This document shows positions 10,368-19,732 of a DNA stretch of 64,000 nucleotides, piece after piece; the first letter of the stretch is position 1; each line of letters starts with the position of its first letter. Below the pieces are notes generated by a model, which made no database searches, was not told the DNA's origin, and saw nothing but the letters and a program-made list of their open reading frames with translations. The translations under genes and the position numbers were made by a program. The stretch is from a virus, in IMG/VR virus record IMGVR_UViG_3300047319_000185, positions 48,631 to 112,630 of that record. One strand, given 5' to 3'.

Positions 10368-10736
10368 TTAACCTAGAACTGGGGAAGTTCCAGCACTTAG
10401 CGCTAGAGTAAGAACAACATTTGCAGTTGAAGAAGTAGCAATGACACTGATAGGTGTGCTGGCGGCGCTGAACACTGGAACAGCAGACGGATCAGTAGCA
10501 AGAGGAGTTGTAGTTGTCAACTCCGGACGGGCAACACGGTTACGGATGTATGTTGTTGCGCCGATTGGGCAGGATACAGAATCAACACCTGTGGTTACAG
10601 CAGTTCCAGATGTTGATACGAATACAGGCACAGTAGCTGCTGCTGGAACAGTTACAGCAATAAAGGGTGCCCAGGAAGTAAGCGTTGTAGTAGCTGCGGA
10701 AGTTCCAGCAGTTACAATTGTTGAGTAAACAGCCAT
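10368..10736 (-). CDS. Small Thr/Ala-rich virion protein
   Basis: 122 aa; distant similarity to the two downstream beta proteins. Confidence 0.6.
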   Translation of the reverse strand: MAVYSTIVTAGTSAATTTLTSWAPFIAVTVPAAATVPVFVSTSGTAVTTGVDSVSCPIGATTYIRNRVARPELTTTTPLATDPSAVPVFSAASTPISVIATSSTANVVLTLALSAGTSPVLG

Positions 10737-10755
10737 TAGTTAATCCAATCGATAA

Positions 10756-11031
10756 TTACTTGGTGGCTGTCTTGTCCACTGCATCAGCAGCAGCATTAAC
10801 AACCTTGTCAGCTACGTTCACGTCAGAACGTAGAGTGTCAGCAACTGCCTCTACCTTTACAGCAGCGGCATGAATATCAGAAGCAACAGCAGTCTTTACA
10901 ATCTCCTCAACAGGAGCCTGATGAACATGCTCAAGGACAGACTGTAGATGAGTAAGAAGAACGTGTAGATCACCCTCCACCTTATTCTTCACATCGACTA
11001 GCTTTGCCTCTACGTCAGTAAATACACTCAT
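10756..11031 (-). CDS. Hypothetical helical protein
   Basis: MSVFTDVEAK... after AAGGA RBS. Confidence 0.65.
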   Translation of the reverse strand: MSVFTDVEAKLVDVKNKVEGDLHVLLTHLQSVLEHVHQAPVEEIVKTAVASDIHAAAVKVEAVADTLRSDVNVADKVVNAAADAVDKTATK

Positions 11032-11042
11032 TTTATTTTCCT

Positions 11043-11249
11043 TTAGTTTCTTGCTACTGCCGCATTTGCGGAGTAGACAGCGCTTTCTAGGTGTGTGATG
11101 GCAAGAGACTTGTCTCTGCCTTCTGGTAACACGCTGTTCAACCATAGTGCATACTCTCTGGCCTTACCACGAATCTCTTCGTACAAGGCAGCAGTCTCAG
11201 GTGTGGAAGCGTGAAAAGTGAATCGGTTAGTTAGATCGTTGATATCCAT
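11043..11249 (-). CDS. Acb2/Tad1-like helical hairpin protein (putative immune-signal sponge)
   Basis: NRFTFH...YEEIR...PEGRDKSLAITHLESAVYSANAAVARN matches the RE.SLA.T.LE..W.NA.IA pattern from memory. Confidence 0.55.
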   Translation of the reverse strand: MDINDLTNRFTFHASTPETAALYEEIRGKAREYALWLNSVLPEGRDKSLAITHLESAVYSANAAVARN

Positions 11250-11271
11250 ATAGTATTCCTTATAAAGTTTC

Positions 11272-11709
11272 TTAATTTGAGACGATTGCTGAGTGCAATC
11301 TTTCGTATCTTCCGCCAGAACGGGTAACCTCTTCAAAGCGGCGAGTAGCATTGGTGTCAACGTTTACTCCATGCATGAACTCTCCGGTCATACCAACAGA
11401 GTCAATCCAAGCAGCAGAACCTACGTGAGCACGTGCGCGCATTGTCTCAGCGGCAGGCTTCTCGAATACATTCATATTGTGGTTAGGGCGACCAGGAGCG
11501 GTACGGTAACCCTGCATAGCACCTAGCTGGAAATCACTAGGAACATCGGTATCAGTAGCAATACCTTCCTCAAAACGCAGCGGTCCACGACGCTCAGGAT
11601 TAGAAGCACCCTTTGCCTCATAGTTGACTGCCCCACGGTCTCTTTCTGGGAATCTAGGAGCAGGGGCTAGCTGAACAGCACGTCCTGCTTCCTGGTACAT
11701 TTCTGCCAT
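11272..11709 (-). CDS. Conserved hypothetical phage protein
   Basis: 145-aa ORF with RBS; GPLRFEEGIATDTDVP segment. Confidence 0.65.
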   Translation of the reverse strand: MAEMYQEAGRAVQLAPAPRFPERDRGAVNYEAKGASNPERRGPLRFEEGIATDTDVPSDFQLGAMQGYRTAPGRPNHNMNVFEKPAAETMRARAHVGSAAWIDSVGMTGEFMHGVNVDTNATRRFEEVTRSGGRYERLHSAIVSN

Positions 11710-11761
11710 ATTATTTCCTTAAGTTTATAGACGTCTATTACATATAATACCCTATAATCGG

Positions 11762-13336
11762 CTAACTACGTCTTCTATCATAGAATACATTGTTGCTGAT
11801 CTCTATCTCCTCAGAAACAGACTCTGGAATAACGCTCAGGGCAATAGCCAAAGAGTCACAGTAATCATCATGAGCGTTGGCTTCCTTAGGTGCTTCAGCC
11901 AGCATATAGGGTCCTTCAAACTTCACCTGAAGGTCAGACATCTGCTGAACAAAGTTTCTATATGTACGAAGACTTCTGGTCTTAGCATGGGCTGGCCAAC
12001 CGATCTTTCCACGATCTATCATCTCTCGCAGATACTTCCAGCGATCTGACTGTGCAGGACGCATAGAGGATACATCGATAATATCTATATGAGGCAATAA
12101 TACTCTTAATCTGGAAATGAATAGATCACCCATACCACCAGAGTCCACACCGATAGCCCACACATTGTATTTGGATACGAATTCCACAATACGATGATAC
12201 TGTGCTTCCCAGTCCTGTCCCTGTAAGTCAAGCCAGTTCAGTACTCTTGCATTGAAGTATCCGAATTCATCACGTCTTTCCCAGTCCACGAAGACAGCAG
12301 TAACAATAGTGCTGTCAATCTTTCGTGCAGGATCAATTCCAATAATGACTGGAGTAGTGTAATAAGCCTTAACAGTCTCCATAGACTTGTCCCCCAGTTC
12401 CTCCAATCTCTCGGAGGTGGTGAACATTCCCTGGGAAAGAAGCCACATGAGACGATAGGACAACTTGAACTCGTCTGAGTCGTAACCCATACGAAGCATG
12501 TCACCGGCTACGTGCTTCTCATACTTACTGTTCCACTTTCCTACTTCTCTGAAGTCTGCTTCAAAATGATTCATTCTGGCAGCACGCTTCACACCGTTGC
12601 GCTTGTTCATAGAGATTTCTCTATAGAAGACACCCTTCTCATAAGTAGGTGTGCCTGTCATAACAAAGGTTCCACGAGTAGACGCCAGCATAGGACGAAT
12701 AGACTTGTCCACAACCTTCTGATCAGCTACCTGCGCCTCATCAAGCAGAGCAATGTGATAAGTCTTTCCTTCAATAGAAGCTCTTGGGTGAGCAGTCTGG
12801 CGACGTACAAGAGAGCCGCACTTCTCTAACTTAATCTCAGCACCACGACCCTTTATCTGTTCTCCCAGATCATTGAGAATACCTTGTGCTCTTTCAGAGG
12901 TAAGCATGGAGACTATTCGAGAGAACAAGGTCTTGGCCATGTCATCAACTGGTGCGAATGCTCCTACCCAGACTCCTTCCTTGAAGGAATCCAGCAGGGT
13001 GTTGAAAGGGTCTACCTTGGCCAGTCTGGGAAGCATGATCATAAGAGTAGCAATTGTTGCTGATACTGTTTCCGTCTTACCGCTCTGTCTACTGAATAGA
13101 GCAGTGATAGTAGCTCCATCATTGATAATTACTGATTCCATGAGGCGCGCAGCAAAAGGTCTTTGATAGCCATATAGCGGGTGCCCGGATAGTTGATCAG
13201 CAAACACCATAAGACGTTCTACTACTGCATCCACAAATGCTTGGGATTGAGGGTCCAGCTCTATCTTGGTAGCTTCTAGCGCTTCTCGTTCTTCTTTACT
13301 CAGTTCATCCAAGTACTCTTCTTGCAGAATAGTCAT
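11762..13336 (-). CDS. terL: Terminase large subunit
   Basis: Walker A SRQSGKT, Walker B LLDEAQ, motif III TGT, nuclease GIDPA and HDDYCDS. Confidence 0.93.
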   Translation of the reverse strand: MTILQEEYLDELSKEEREALEATKIELDPQSQAFVDAVVERLMVFADQLSGHPLYGYQRPFAARLMESVIINDGATITALFSRQSGKTETVSATIATLMIMLPRLAKVDPFNTLLDSFKEGVWVGAFAPVDDMAKTLFSRIVSMLTSERAQGILNDLGEQIKGRGAEIKLEKCGSLVRRQTAHPRASIEGKTYHIALLDEAQVADQKVVDKSIRPMLASTRGTFVMTGTPTYEKGVFYREISMNKRNGVKRAARMNHFEADFREVGKWNSKYEKHVAGDMLRMGYDSDEFKLSYRLMWLLSQGMFTTSERLEELGDKSMETVKAYYTTPVIIGIDPARKIDSTIVTAVFVDWERRDEFGYFNARVLNWLDLQGQDWEAQYHRIVEFVSKYNVWAIGVDSGGMGDLFISRLRVLLPHIDIIDVSSMRPAQSDRWKYLREMIDRGKIGWPAHAKTRSLRTYRNFVQQMSDLQVKFEGPYMLAEAPKEANAHDDYCDSLAIALSVIPESVSEEIEISNNVFYDRRRS

Positions 13337-13379
13337 ATAGTTCTCCTGATTAGTTTCTCGTAATTACATTTTACCTGAG

Positions 13380-13409
13380 TTGACAAACCAAGAGGTACGG
13401 ATGTAGAGT
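13380..13409 (+). promoter_or_regulatory. Sigma70-type promoter for the isolated plus-strand gene
   Basis: TTGACA-18-TAGAGT. Confidence 0.55.
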
Positions 13410-13439
13410 TTGAGTACCACACCAACTAAGGAGATACTG

Positions 13440-13697
13440 ATGGAAGATCCGAACGTGTTTGACCAGATGAGTCATCACGGAAGCCACTTTGAAGAGTTTG
13501 TCCGTCCAGCCGTCGCGGCAGGTGTAGGATACTGGATTGGACACAAGCTCTCTCAGACACGTCTTGGCCAGAGGTTTGAGAACAGTACCTTTGTAGGATA
13601 TGTTCTTTCTCTGGCACTGATCGGAATCGGTGGATATGTTCTGTACTGTGCTGGTGTGTTTGTATGGATGCTTCTTAAGATTCTTGTTGCGGGTTAA
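13440..13697 (+). CDS. Small membrane protein
   Basis: AAGGAG RBS; two hydrophobic segments. Confidence 0.65.
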   Translation: MEDPNVFDQMSHHGSHFEEFVRPAVAAGVGYWIGHKLSQTRLGQRFENSTFVGYVLSLALIGIGGYVLYCAGVFVWMLLKILVAG

Positions 13698-13950
13698 TTC
13701 TCTCTTCCAGTGCTTGCATAGCAGCAAGAAGAGATACTGCTCCAAGACGGATATCTTCAATGTAGATATGAGCCTGATCCTTGCTTGTTGAGGACAGGCT
13801 CTTTCTCATTTCCGAAACATCCCTGCCAATACCTGTATGGATATTGTCTATCCAGCGAATGAGTTCCTGGTCTCCAGTATTTCTCAGCCTGTTGAGTACT
13901 CTCCCACGTACCTTTGGGTCAGGCTGCTTTACCCTTCTGAATAATGTCAT
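13675..13950 (-). CDS. Hypothetical protein
   Basis: ORF coupled to the upstream gene (ATGA overlap). Confidence 0.65.
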   Translation of the reverse strand: MTLFRRVKQPDPKVRGRVLNRLRNTGDQELIRWIDNIHTGIGRDVSEMRKSLSSTSKDQAHIYIEDIRLGAVSLLAAMQALEERINPQQES

Positions 13951-14300
13951 AGGTCCAATACTTCCACGAGTAGTTGTTGTTGCTCTGCCGAGAACTGCTT
14001 CTTTATAAGGTTCCTGCGAATGTGTGTCTTCTCCGCCTCAGAGAACTCTTCATGGTCCATCTTACGGCCCTCCATGGCATCTATAAGAGCCTGTTCCTCT
14101 GTGCGCCCAGTATTCCTCCACCAGCCTACTGTAAGGCCCTTAGAAGACCCCGGGAGCCGAAGGATGACAGAGTTGGACCATCTGTAGGGTTCGTCTACTT
14201 CATGCGTCGGATATCTGTGTATCAGCGAAGACTTCTTCTTCAAAGAAATGCTATGAAAGAACAGTCTCCATATTTCGTGTGTTTCTACATTAATTGACAC
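13947..14300 (-). CDS. Hypothetical protein
   Basis: ORF in operon. Confidence 0.6.
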   Translation of the reverse strand: MSINVETHEIWRLFFHSISLKKKSSLIHRYPTHEVDEPYRWSNSVILRLPGSSKGLTVGWWRNTGRTEEQALIDAMEGRKMDHEEFSEAEKTHIRRNLIKKQFSAEQQQLLVEVLDL

Positions 14301-14302
14301 TT

Positions 14303-14785
14303 CTACGTAATACCTCTTGAGTAGGGGAATGAGTTAAGTCTTGAGTTTATAAATCTACCAGGTGACTGGGCACGCTGGAACTGCCACCATACAGAAGGTG
14401 GAACATTGTAATAAGTGTAGTATTCTCCATTACGGAATTTGATACGCAGAGCCTGACTTCTCTCATCATATCCAGCAGCCAGAGTTCTTGGTCTACCCGG
14501 ATCAATAGTAGGCGTAGGCTGATACGGCAGCAGAGCTTCATCGTCACCATTGATAGCCATGATAATCTCACTGGCTAATGTCTGGTCCACCAGTTTACCT
14601 GCTTGTGAGCGAACCTGGTTTATATCCAGAACAGAGCGCGGAGAATTAACTCCTGGTACAGGGCCGATACTACCACGTGGATTATATCTGTTCTGTCCCA
14701 GGAACTCTTCATCCCATGCGTTTCTACGGGTACTGGTTGTTCTTATTATTGGCTGTATTCTAGCAGCCGCTTTACGTCTCACCAT
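14303..14785 (-). CDS. KTSC-domain protein
   Basis: GYDERSQALRIKFRNGEYYTYYNVP..W..F..AQSPGRFIN is the KTSC signature. Confidence 0.8.
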   Translation of the reverse strand: MVRRKAAARIQPIIRTTSTRRNAWDEEFLGQNRYNPRGSIGPVPGVNSPRSVLDINQVRSQAGKLVDQTLASEIIMAINGDDEALLPYQPTPTIDPGRPRTLAAGYDERSQALRIKFRNGEYYTYYNVPPSVWWQFQRAQSPGRFINSRLNSFPYSRGIT

Positions 14786-14802
14786 TATTTCTCCTAAACA
14801 CA

Positions 14803-14842
14803 GAAAGACCCTTCAAGTATAAGGATACCTGAAGGGTCTTTA
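14803..14842. terminator. Intrinsic terminator-like hairpin
   Basis: AAAGACCCTTCA / TGAAGGGTCTTT. Confidence 0.65.
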
Positions 14843-14850
14843 TTATGGAA

Positions 14851-15147
14851 TTATTCGCTATCCGGATCCGCATAGTAACTACGGAATGACTCATGTGTCA
14901 TATTGGAAGCAAGTACCTGTGCAGGAGTAAGACCTGATCTGGTGCCTCTGAACTGTGGAGGTTCATTATCGGATTCCTCTACCCACAGACCGTGCTGACT
15001 ACGATACTGCTCAGGATCAATTCCAGCAAGACGCTGGATATTGGGATCAGGAAGCTGGTCCTCAGTAAAGGTATTACCTGGAACACCTTCTGATTCAGTC
15101 CATCCGTGCTGTGACTGTGCTGTCCAGCCATGGTTATGATCTGTCAT
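14851..15147 (-). CDS. Hypothetical protein
   Basis: ORF with GAGG RBS. Confidence 0.6.
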   Translation of the reverse strand: MTDHNHGWTAQSQHGWTESEGVPGNTFTEDQLPDPNIQRLAGIDPEQYRSQHGLWVEESDNEPPQFRGTRSGLTPAQVLASNMTHESFRSYYADPDSE

Positions 15148-15149
15148 TG

Positions 15150-15368
15150 TTATCCTCTTTGTTGAACTGTCCAGCCAGGATCGAAATCCTCTGGTCGGTC
15201 ATGGGGACAGTCAGGACCCGCATAGACATGCTTCCCATCGACATAGACACAACGGTCTACCTCCATAGGAAGATGCCAGGGAGCAGTCTGTCCTCCGTGG
15301 GCTGTCCAGCTTTCTTCCTGCCAGACCGCACCTTCATCATACACTGGGTGATTAAACTCTATGCTCAT
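15150..15368 (-). CDS. Hypothetical protein
   Basis: ORF in operon. Confidence 0.55.
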   Translation of the reverse strand: MSIEFNHPVYDEGAVWQEESWTAHGGQTAPWHLPMEVDRCVYVDGKHVYAGPDCPHDRPEDFDPGWTVQQRG

Positions 15369-15804
15369 GGATAAAACTCAAATCTGGTGGGGAGTAGGTG
15401 TCCGGTTTAAGTACTTTACCTATTTCATTGTAATGCACAGTTCCGTCAGACCATACCTTGCCCATGTTTGACTTATGCACTTCTTCAAATACCTCTTGTA
15501 GTGGAATACCAAGTTCCTCAGCAGTTCCATAGACTACATACAGTAGATCAGCAAGTTCCTTAGCCAGGTGCTCTTTACTATCTGAGAGTGTCTTGTCAAA
15601 TGCTGGAGCCATATCCCAGTACAGCTTACGAAGCAGATACTTACTGTAAATCTCTAGAGCCTCTATGGTCTCCTTGTATTCTTCGCGAATTAGCTTCACA
15701 CGCTTCTCACCTAAGGAAACAGAAAAAGATCGGTCTCGTCTAGCCTCTCCGTCCTTGTCGAACTTGTCGTGGAACTCCTTCAGAGACTTCATAGGGTTAT
15801 ACAT
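15352..15804 (-). CDS. MazG-like/PRA-PH nucleotide pyrophosphohydrolase
   Basis: LIREEYKE, KELADLLYVVYG, VHKSNMGK and GKVLKP motifs. Confidence 0.85.
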   Translation of the reverse strand: MYNPMKSLKEFHDKFDKDGEARRDRSFSVSLGEKRVKLIREEYKETIEALEIYSKYLLRKLYWDMAPAFDKTLSDSKEHLAKELADLLYVVYGTAEELGIPLQEVFEEVHKSNMGKVWSDGTVHYNEIGKVLKPDTYSPPDLSFIHEHRV

Positions 15805-16934
15805 CAGTACTGAACTCCGTCTACGCTGAAACAACCATCCTGAACAGTGACAAGACGAGGATACACACGCTGTCCGTAAACCTCCAGGATTCCGAATGCC
15901 TGCTGCCAGTTAGCTGCAACACCCTTCTTCTTAAGATAGTCAGCCTTAGTAAGATCCATGAAGTGACCAACCTCAAGACCAGTAAGAGTATTGCGAATCT
16001 GGCCATTGTATCCAGTGGACTCAGAAGTCATACCAGCACGGTGCGTGTGACCACAGACAGTGGAGACTCCAAACTTGTTCTTGGCCAGACCGAATGCTGT
16101 CTTACCAGCAGAAGGACTGAGAGAACCTTCATCACCATGAGCCATAACCCAACCTGGTGCAAGCTCTACAACCTCATCACGGATAAACTCTACGTCGTAC
16201 TTATTGAAATGCATAAGAGTTTCAAGACTGAGTTCATCATCCATAAAGGATGCCAGACCTGGTGCACAGTTCTCAATGTACAGTTCCAAGCGGTCATCAT
16301 GGTTGGAACGCACAATACGGAACCGACCATCGAAAACCTCACGAATGTCTGCAAGAATTCCTCTGGCAGTCTTAAATCCTCCACTGAGATCACCAGCAAA
16401 CTCTGGCTTCTTTCCGCGAACCCAGCGACTGATCTCAGTAGAATCAGTGAAGTCACCGACCTGTGCAATCTCAGTAGGATGAAAGTCCTTGATGAACTGA
16501 ATGAACTTGTCCACCAGAGCTACATCATGGAGAGGAGCCTGAACATCCGGCATGACCACAATGGTCTTAGGCTTTTCCTTGTAAGGAAGGAAAGTAACAG
16601 TGGAACCTGCTGGCTTGGTGTCAGGAGTAGCAAAGGTAGGGAACGGCTTTACCTTAGGCTCAAATGGATTAGAAAGGTCAATATAGTTCCGTACGGGAGG
16701 CTCTAGATATCCTACTGAATTCAGGGGAACTTCCATACCTTCTGGATACGTCTTAGCTGCCTGCATGTACTCACGGTAACTACGAACCAAACTATCAGAC
16801 ACTATGTATTCCGTCTGTGCGAATATCTGCTTTACTGCATTCCTGCGGCCCAGTAGGGTATCCTCTAGAATTTCCCTGACTGTGTCATCCTCATCCGCAA
16901 GATCCCGAAGCACTGCCAAACTCTTGATCTGCAT
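15804..16934 (-). CDS. Calcineurin-like metallophosphoesterase
   Basis: PDVQ, GDFTD, SNHD, HGD and GHTH motifs. Confidence 0.85.
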   Translation of the reverse strand: MQIKSLAVLRDLADEDDTVREILEDTLLGRRNAVKQIFAQTEYIVSDSLVRSYREYMQAAKTYPEGMEVPLNSVGYLEPPVRNYIDLSNPFEPKVKPFPTFATPDTKPAGSTVTFLPYKEKPKTIVVMPDVQAPLHDVALVDKFIQFIKDFHPTEIAQVGDFTDSTEISRWVRGKKPEFAGDLSGGFKTARGILADIREVFDGRFRIVRSNHDDRLELYIENCAPGLASFMDDELSLETLMHFNKYDVEFIRDEVVELAPGWVMAHGDEGSLSPSAGKTAFGLAKNKFGVSTVCGHTHRAGMTSESTGYNGQIRNTLTGLEVGHFMDLTKADYLKKKGVAANWQQAFGILEVYGQRVYPRLVTVQDGCFSVDGVQY

Positions 16935-17008
16935 ACTGCCTCCTTATAGAAAAAGATCCATGTGGTATGGACGTTGAGGTACATCCTACACCACATGGAT
17001 CAATACGT

Positions 17009-17410
17009 CTACTTCTTTGGTACCAGCAACTCCACCAAAGCTATTCCCAGAGGGATCATAACCATAGAGACCAGCCATCTGAACTGTGATTTCTTGGCGT
17101 CAATGTATTCCTTGATAGATCTGTTACGTTCGTCTGTCTCTCTTGTAAGAGCAGTCTGTACTTCGTGTTTTAGTGTGGCAAAGGACTCACGCAGTTCTCT
17201 GTGAATAGTTTGCAGATCTGTTTCGTTGTCGTCAATCTTTTCAGACAAATTGGCGAACTTCAGATCATCAACTCTTCTATCAGCGTGATATTCGGTTAAG
17301 GTCAGTAGCTTGTCCAGGCGGTTGGAGAAGTCGTTGAATCGAGTTTGCACGCCATCAAGCTCTCTCGTAACCGCCCCGGACCAAGCTTGTGGTTCTGGCT
17401 GTGTAGTCAT
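17009..17410 (-). CDS. Coiled-coil protein with C-terminal transmembrane helix
   Basis: WLVSMVMIPLGIALVELLV tail. Confidence 0.65.
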   Translation of the reverse strand: MTTQPEPQAWSGAVTRELDGVQTRFNDFSNRLDKLLTLTEYHADRRVDDLKFANLSEKIDDNETDLQTIHRELRESFATLKHEVQTALTRETDERNRSIKEYIDAKKSQFRWLVSMVMIPLGIALVELLVPKK

Positions 17411-17567
17411 AGTCAACTCACTTGGGGCTCGTATGGATATGTAAAGATGTTCCAGCCACATTATCCGTTAATTCTACGAGTATTGCCCCAAAGTGTACAA
17501 CAAGTGGTCTAGTATCATCTCAGTTAAGGATAACACTAGACCACTCCTGTTTGTAGACTACCTACAG

Positions 17568-18620
17568 TTACTCTGCTTCTGGGCGTACTAAATCCCATAC
17601 CTTATTGGCAATATCCTTGTTATCCAATAATGCGAACAAAAGACCTGCATTAGCGCTGTCCTTCACATAAAGAGCAAACTCCTTACGCGTGGCAACCCCT
17701 TGAAAGTAAAGCTCTACCGCATGAAACTCTGCACTGATTGTAGTATAGGTATCCCAATAGGCATCAAAGATTACCTGGTAAGTAGAGCGTAACCACTCAT
17801 GCCATTCATCAGGAACGATACTGCATAGTTCCTCTAAGGTCTTGCCTTCCTTCATATTCTCCCAGATCCGACGCTTTGTCAAACCTGTCACGATCTTGTG
17901 TAAAAGTACATAGTCCTCTTGCTTCAGCTTGATCCTGTAGTCCAGATCGGGGAAGTAGATTACGTAGCCTTCTGCATTAGGCCTAGGAACGGCTTCTATG
18001 GCCTCTCTGAGCGTCTTGTAGGGGAAGGTAGTAGTCTTGGGACCATACCACTCTTCTACGTCCTTAGCGGGGCGTACAGAGCCTGTTATGGCGTTACGTG
18101 CAGCCAAGAGGACCAAGTCTTCCTGATCCCCATAATTCAGAACGATACGGTTACCTGGATAGATGATCTCTACCAGATAGGTCTCCTCATGCCACAGATC
18201 AAGCTTGTAACCCTTGTGTGCAGTATTCAAAAACTTGGTTGCCCATATTGCCTGATCTGAAACAAAGGAACCACGAGTAGCTACATACCAATTATTATGG
18301 TACTCAAAGATGATACCTAATGAACCGTCCATCTTGTCGGTTACTTCAACTCGGTAGCTATCCAGTAGACAGTGGTCATCAGTCTCTTGTCCGTAATTCA
18401 GGAACTTGTCAAAAGGTCGGGCAATAACATTCAACTTATCATCAATAATGAGACCACGACACTGTCTGGTTACTTTATTCCACTCGTTGTCAAACTGAGC
18501 CTTCTCTGTATAGTTCACGATACTAAGAGGTAAAGTGGGGTGCTTATTAACCCTAATATACTTGTCAATTAGCATCTTCCGATAGAGACTCATCGGCATC
18601 AATCCTGAAAGCTTCGTCAT
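17568..18620 (-). CDS. RNA ligase (T4 Rnl1 family)
   Basis: CRGLI..ARPFDKF, motif I KMDGS, motif IV EGYV, motif V KLK. Confidence 0.9.
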   Translation of the reverse strand: MTKLSGLMPMSLYRKMLIDKYIRVNKHPTLPLSIVNYTEKAQFDNEWNKVTRQCRGLIIDDKLNVIARPFDKFLNYGQETDDHCLLDSYRVEVTDKMDGSLGIIFEYHNNWYVATRGSFVSDQAIWATKFLNTAHKGYKLDLWHEETYLVEIIYPGNRIVLNYGDQEDLVLLAARNAITGSVRPAKDVEEWYGPKTTTFPYKTLREAIEAVPRPNAEGYVIYFPDLDYRIKLKQEDYVLLHKIVTGLTKRRIWENMKEGKTLEELCSIVPDEWHEWLRSTYQVIFDAYWDTYTTISAEFHAVELYFQGVATRKEFALYVKDSANAGLLFALLDNKDIANKVWDLVRPEAE

Positions 18621-18795
18621 ACTCCTTCTCCAGGTCTATTACAGCCTCACAATTGCATCCACACTGTCCATCAGGAAGTGGTGGAGTATATTCAGGATGA
18701 CCTTCCCACTCATCATCACTATCCCACCATACGTGAGGCTCAAGATTGTGATGACCAAATTTGCAGCCCCAACAAGTTGAGTAGCAGATTATCAT
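18565..18795 (-). CDS. Small Cys-rich hypothetical protein
   Basis: CYSTCWGC and CGCNC motifs. Confidence 0.5.
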   Translation of the reverse strand: MIICYSTCWGCKFGHHNLEPHVWWDSDDEWEGHPEYTPPLPDGQCGCNCEAVIDLEKEYDEAFRIDADESLSEDAN

Positions 18796-18911
18796 TCCTC
18801 CTCCTTCATTGCGTTGATCAACTTTTTAGCCTGCTTAAAGTCGTGTCGAGTGAGCAGACGGTTCAGCAGGTTCAATAGCTCCTCACGTGGAGGAAGCTTC
18901 GTTGTCTTCAT
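18792..18911 (-). CDS. Small hypothetical protein, probably leaderless
   Basis: ATG 7 nt downstream of a TAGGAT -10 box. Confidence 0.45.
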   Translation of the reverse strand: MKTTKLPPREELLNLLNRLLTRHDFKQAKKLINAMKEEE

Positions 18912-18918
18912 GTGGTAC

Positions 18919-18970
18919 ATCCTAGGGTATAAAAAATGCTCTGTCAAGCCGAAGCTAAACAGAGCATTTA
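18919..18970 (-). terminator. tRNA-array terminator overlapping a TTGACA-17-TAGGAT promoter
   Basis: AATGCTCTGT..TTCG..ACAGAGCATT followed by a T-run; the -35 box lies inside the stem. Confidence 0.65.
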
Positions 18971-18976
18971 GTGGAG

Positions 18977-19060
18977 TGGATGCCGAGGGACTTGAACCCC
19001 CAGAGTCCGAAGACGATCGGGTTACAGCCGATGGCGCTGCCAATTACGCTTTAGACATCC
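18977..19060 (-). tRNA. tRNA-Tyr(GTA)
   Basis: Cloverleaf with long variable arm; loop CT-GTA-AC. Confidence 0.9.
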
Positions 19061-19164
19061 ATTGGTACCCGAGCCAGTCCCTGTCCTTCCTCATTATATA
19101 GAGGCGACTAGGGCATCGAATACATTCTCTACGAGGTGGATTTTTATTTACGTAGGACCTTTTG

Positions 19165-19238
19165 TCCAGCCGACGGGATTCGAACCCGCGTCACTCGGGT
19201 CACAGCCAAGTATGATAACCAACTACACTACGGCGGGG
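19165..19238 (-). tRNA. tRNA-His(GTG)
   Basis: Cloverleaf; loop CT-GTG-AC. Confidence 0.85.
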
Positions 19239-19251
19239 ATTATTTACAACG

Positions 19252-19323
19252 TACGAGTACCAAGAGTTGAACTTGGGACTAGATTTTATCAGAATCTCGT
19301 GATAACCGTTTCACCACACTCGC
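19252..19323 (-). tRNA. tRNA-Ile(GAT)
   Basis: Cloverleaf; loop CT-GAT-AA. Confidence 0.9.
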
Positions 19324-19324
19324 A

Positions 19325-19633
19325 TTATTCAAGACCAGATATGATTTCCTTTATGAATGCCTTAGGCTTAGCACCTACGACATACTTAATGATACTGCCC
19401 TTGTGGAACAAAAGCATAGTGGGTATAGATGAGATATCGTATCTCTTTGTCAGTTCTGGATTCTCATCCGCATTGACCTTTACTACATCTAGCCAGTCGT
19501 TCTCTTCTGCTATTGATTCTAGCACAGGAGCCATCATCTTGCAAGGGTTGCACCAGGTGGCCCAGAACTCTACAAAAACTGGCTTCTCAGATTCAAGTAC
19601 CTCTGAGAATGTATCAGTAGTAATATCTCTCAC
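19325..19633 (-). CDS. trxA: Thioredoxin
   Basis: FWATWCNPCK active site and ISSIPT. Confidence 0.93.
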   Translation of the reverse strand: MRDITTDTFSEVLESEKPVFVEFWATWCNPCKMMAPVLESIAEENDWLDVVKVNADENPELTKRYDISSIPTMLLFHKGSIIKYVVGAKPKAFIKEIISGLE

Positions 19634-19657
19634 TATTCCCTCTTTCTTTTATTCACG

Positions 19658-19732
19658 TATCCCAGGCAGGGCTCGAACCTGCATATCTCCTGTATATAAG
19701 ACAGGGGCCGTCACCAATTTGGCTACTGGGAC
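19658..19732 (-). tRNA. tRNA-Ile(TAT)
   Basis: Cloverleaf; CCTGT-CT-TAT-AT-ACAGG. Confidence 0.85.

Noticed and set aside
11762-13336. Intein or intron in terminase
   Set aside because: ORF is continuous and of ordinary length, with no splicing motifs
15963-16706. 247-aa plus-strand ORF
   Set aside because: Antisense shadow of the metallophosphoesterase
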